Origin: Octopus vulgaris
Lineage: Eukaryota
Assembly (NCBI GenBank): GCA_951406725.2
Contig: OX597816.1
Span: forward strand, 49,724,001-49,788,000
Reading direction: 5' to 3'
Length of the DNA stretch: 64,000 nucleotides
Positions 60,211 through 64,000 of this stretch are shown piece after piece. The notes beneath the pieces were generated by a model, which worked only from the letters and a program-made list of their open reading frames with translations, had not been told where the DNA came from and did not search any database. How positions within the stretch are numbered: position 1 is the first letter of the stretch; each line of letters opens with the position of its first letter. The translations under genes and the position numbers were made by a program.

Positions 60211-60250
60211 TATTCAACCGTTTTCGTCATTGTATGACTTGTCAAGAATA
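60211..60250 (-). ncRNA. Minimal type I hammerhead (U3-A8 variant, second family); damaged mirror copies at 60819..60852 and 62249..62285
   Basis: Minus strand reads TATTC-TTGACAA-GTCAT-ACA-ATGAC-GAAA-ACGG-TT-GAATA; the 62249 copy shows AAACCGGTT, implying a palindromic ACCGGT in the consensus. Confidence 0.65.
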
Positions 60251-60985
60251 TTTATGTTTTAAGAAAGTTTTTTTAAAAATTAGAAAGGGAAAAAAAAAAA
60301 GAAAATTGCATTGTTTTTTGTAAAAGAATAATGATAAAAATGTACAAAAATTAAAAAATAAATTCTCCGATACATTGTGAGTTCGTTGTGTATCTTGGGT
60401 TTTATGGTTGTACACACCAAAAAATTACCTTGAGGTGTTAAAGATCAATGGGATTAAGAGCATGTGATGTGTTGTGTTGTTAAATTCGTGCATGTTGCAG
60501 GACAGGAAGTAGTAGTAATTGTGGTCCTAGTTCTTCAGTTTCCTGTGTTGTGAGTAAGGAGAGACAACTCTTTTTGAGTTCTTCAATAAAACCCAAATGT
60601 ATAAAACTATCATTTTTAGCTTCATTTGCATTATCTTTTTTATATAATTGCTTGTTAACAACTTTCAGATTTTAACACTTTATTTATATTATTTTCTAAT
60701 ATATAAAACATAATATACAATTGCATTTCAAATTGTCATATCATTTATAATAAAAATGATATTAATAACAACAATATATGATATTTAAGAATATCCTTTC
60801 TAATTTTTATCTTATAAATATTCTTGACAAGTCATACAATGACGATTGAATAAATATATATTTATATATACATTTTCCCATTTTATTTTTTCTTTCATTT
60901 GAGATTCTGATTTTTTTTTCCTTACTATATATATATATATATATATATACATAATATATATATATATATATTAATATACATATAT

Positions 60986-61027
<42 letters not shown>

Positions 61028-61100
61028 ATATATATATATATATATACATATATACATATATATATATATATACATATATACAATATATATATTTACAATA

Positions 61101-61131
<31 letters not shown>

Positions 61132-61158
61132 CTATATATATATATATACATATATATA

Positions 61159-61192
<34 letters not shown>

Positions 61193-61224
61193 ATATATAC
61201 ATATATATAGACATATATATATAC

Positions 61225-61474
<250 letters not shown>

Positions 61475-61507
61475 TGTTTTTATATATGTATATATATATA
61501 TATATAT

Positions 61508-61590
<83 letters not shown>

Positions 61591-62412
61591 AAAATTTTTT
61601 AAAAATACAGAATAAATAAAAAAATTTTATAAAATAATATTTTACATATATATATTTACATAGTTTTTTATATTATACAATAAAATATTTATTTTTACAC
61701 ATTATTTTTACATAAATATAAAACATAATATACTTTATAATATCATTTTACATATATAGTTATATACTATATATATATTATATATAAATATATACAATAT
61801 ATACACATGCAATATGTCTATATATATATATTATTACACATATATATATATACATACAAGTGTTATAAATCTGAAAGTTAAGTTAACATAGCAATTATAT
61901 ACAAAAAGATAATGCAAATATAGCTAAAATGATATTTATAATTTGGGTTTATTGAAGAACTCAAAAGAGTTGTCTCCTACTCACAACACAGGAACTGAAG
62001 AACTAGGACCACAATTACTACTAGTCCTGCAACATGCTGAATTTAACAACACAACACATCATGCTCTTAATCCCATTGGATCTTAACACCTCAGGTAATA
62101 AACAACCATAAAACTCAAGATACACAACGAACTCACAATGTATCGGAGAATTATTTTTAATTTTTGTACATTTTTATCATTATTCTTTTACAAATAATGC
62201 AATTTTCTTTTTTCCCTTTCTAATTTTTAAAAAAACTTCTTACATAAATATTCTTGACAAGTCATACAATAAAACCGGTTGAATATAATATATATTTATA
62301 TATTTTATCATTTTCTCATATATATATTAAAATTTTCTTTCATTTGAGCATTCTGCATATATATATATAAAAATTTTCCATACTTATATATATATATATT
62401 CAACATATATAC

Positions 62413-62570
<158 letters not shown>

Positions 62571-62774
62571 ATGTTTATATGTATGTATATATGTGTTCGT
62601 GTGTTTATGTGTATTATATATTATTATATATATATATATATATAGTATAATTATATATATGAGTATATATATATTATTATGTGTTATTTTATTATATATT
62701 TGTGTATGTGTGTATGTGTGTGTGTGTGTTATTATTATATATAGTGTGTTTTTGTTATAGTGTGTGTTGTGTGT

Positions 62775-62882
<108 letters not shown>

Positions 62883-62946
62883 TATGTTTTATGTGTTTAT
62901 GTGTGTGTGTGTTATATATATATATATGTGTGTGTGTATATGGTTG

Positions 62947-62986
<40 letters not shown>

Positions 62987-63013
62987 CATATATATATACA
63001 TATATATATATAC

Positions 63014-63056
<43 letters not shown>

Positions 63057-63125
63057 TGTGTGTGTGTGGTGTTATGTGTGGTGTTTGTGTGTGTAAAATA
63101 TACATATATATATATGTACATACAC

Positions 63126-63159
<34 letters not shown>

Positions 63160-63197
63160 GCATATACATACATATATATATATAAATATATACATAC

Positions 63198-63285
<88 letters not shown>

Positions 63286-63289
63286 GTAT

Positions 63290-63329
<40 letters not shown>

Positions 63330-63360
63330 CATATATATATATACATATATATTATATGTT

Positions 63361-63400
<40 letters not shown>

Positions 63401-63600
63401 TATACATACATATGTATATATATACATATATGACAAAAATTGTACATATGTAACACTATACATAACCCAAATAGCAATACATAAAAGTATGTAATAAAGA
63501 ATATTTAACATACACATACAATACAAATATATAACATAAATACATTATAAGATTGTATACAAACGGATAGAAGGGGCTATAATATATACATATATATATC

Positions 63601-63646
<46 letters not shown>

Positions 63647-63761
63647 CTCATATATATATATAAACATATACATTTATACATACATATATATATACATATA
63701 TATATATATATATGTATATACATACATATTTATATATATAAACATATATATATATATACAT

Positions 63762-63821
<60 letters not shown>

Positions 63822-63895
63822 ACATATATATATACTATATATATTATATACATATATACATACAAATATATATATATAATATATATATATATATG

Positions 63896-64000
63896 GCCCT
63901 CTCAGACATGCCTCAGCCACGCAGAAAGCCACGATCACAAGTTATGCAGATGATACAAAAGTTTCACAGGCAATACAGAACCCTGAGGACACTAAACACC
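63896..64000 (+). mobile_element. CR1-group LINE fragment, mirror of 58230..58335
   Basis: Near-exact reverse complement, including the SYADDTKV codons; runs off the window. Confidence 0.9.

Overview
Eukaryotic, AT-rich DNA made almost entirely of repeats. The tRNA-headed SINE families and dense (TA)n/(CA)n microsatellites suggest an octopus-type cephalopod genome (inference). I cannot support any host protein-coding gene, and most long ORFs in the track are microsatellite artefacts. Main contents: (1) a ~6 kb head-to-head pair of a young Neptune-type Penelope-like element (PLE; RT plus GIY-YIG). Its pol frame has no ATG for the first 190 codons and overlaps an upstream ORF1 at a correctly phased T-TTT-TTA heptamer, a candidate -1 frameshift site. 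(2) A decayed Naiad-type PLE at ~51-55 kb plus smaller Naiad remnants. (3) About ten type I hammerhead ribozyme motifs from at least six unrelated families, including U3-A8 core variants, mostly beside (TA)n tracts. (4) Two mariners, CR1-, RTE- and Tx1-like LINE fragments, a Helitron-like element and three SINE families, one of which shares its 3' tail with the CR1-like LINE. (5) Inverted duplications from 14 bp to several kb; the one at 58-64 kb is probably an assembly artefact. Everything was read by eye, so boundaries of decayed repeats are approximate.
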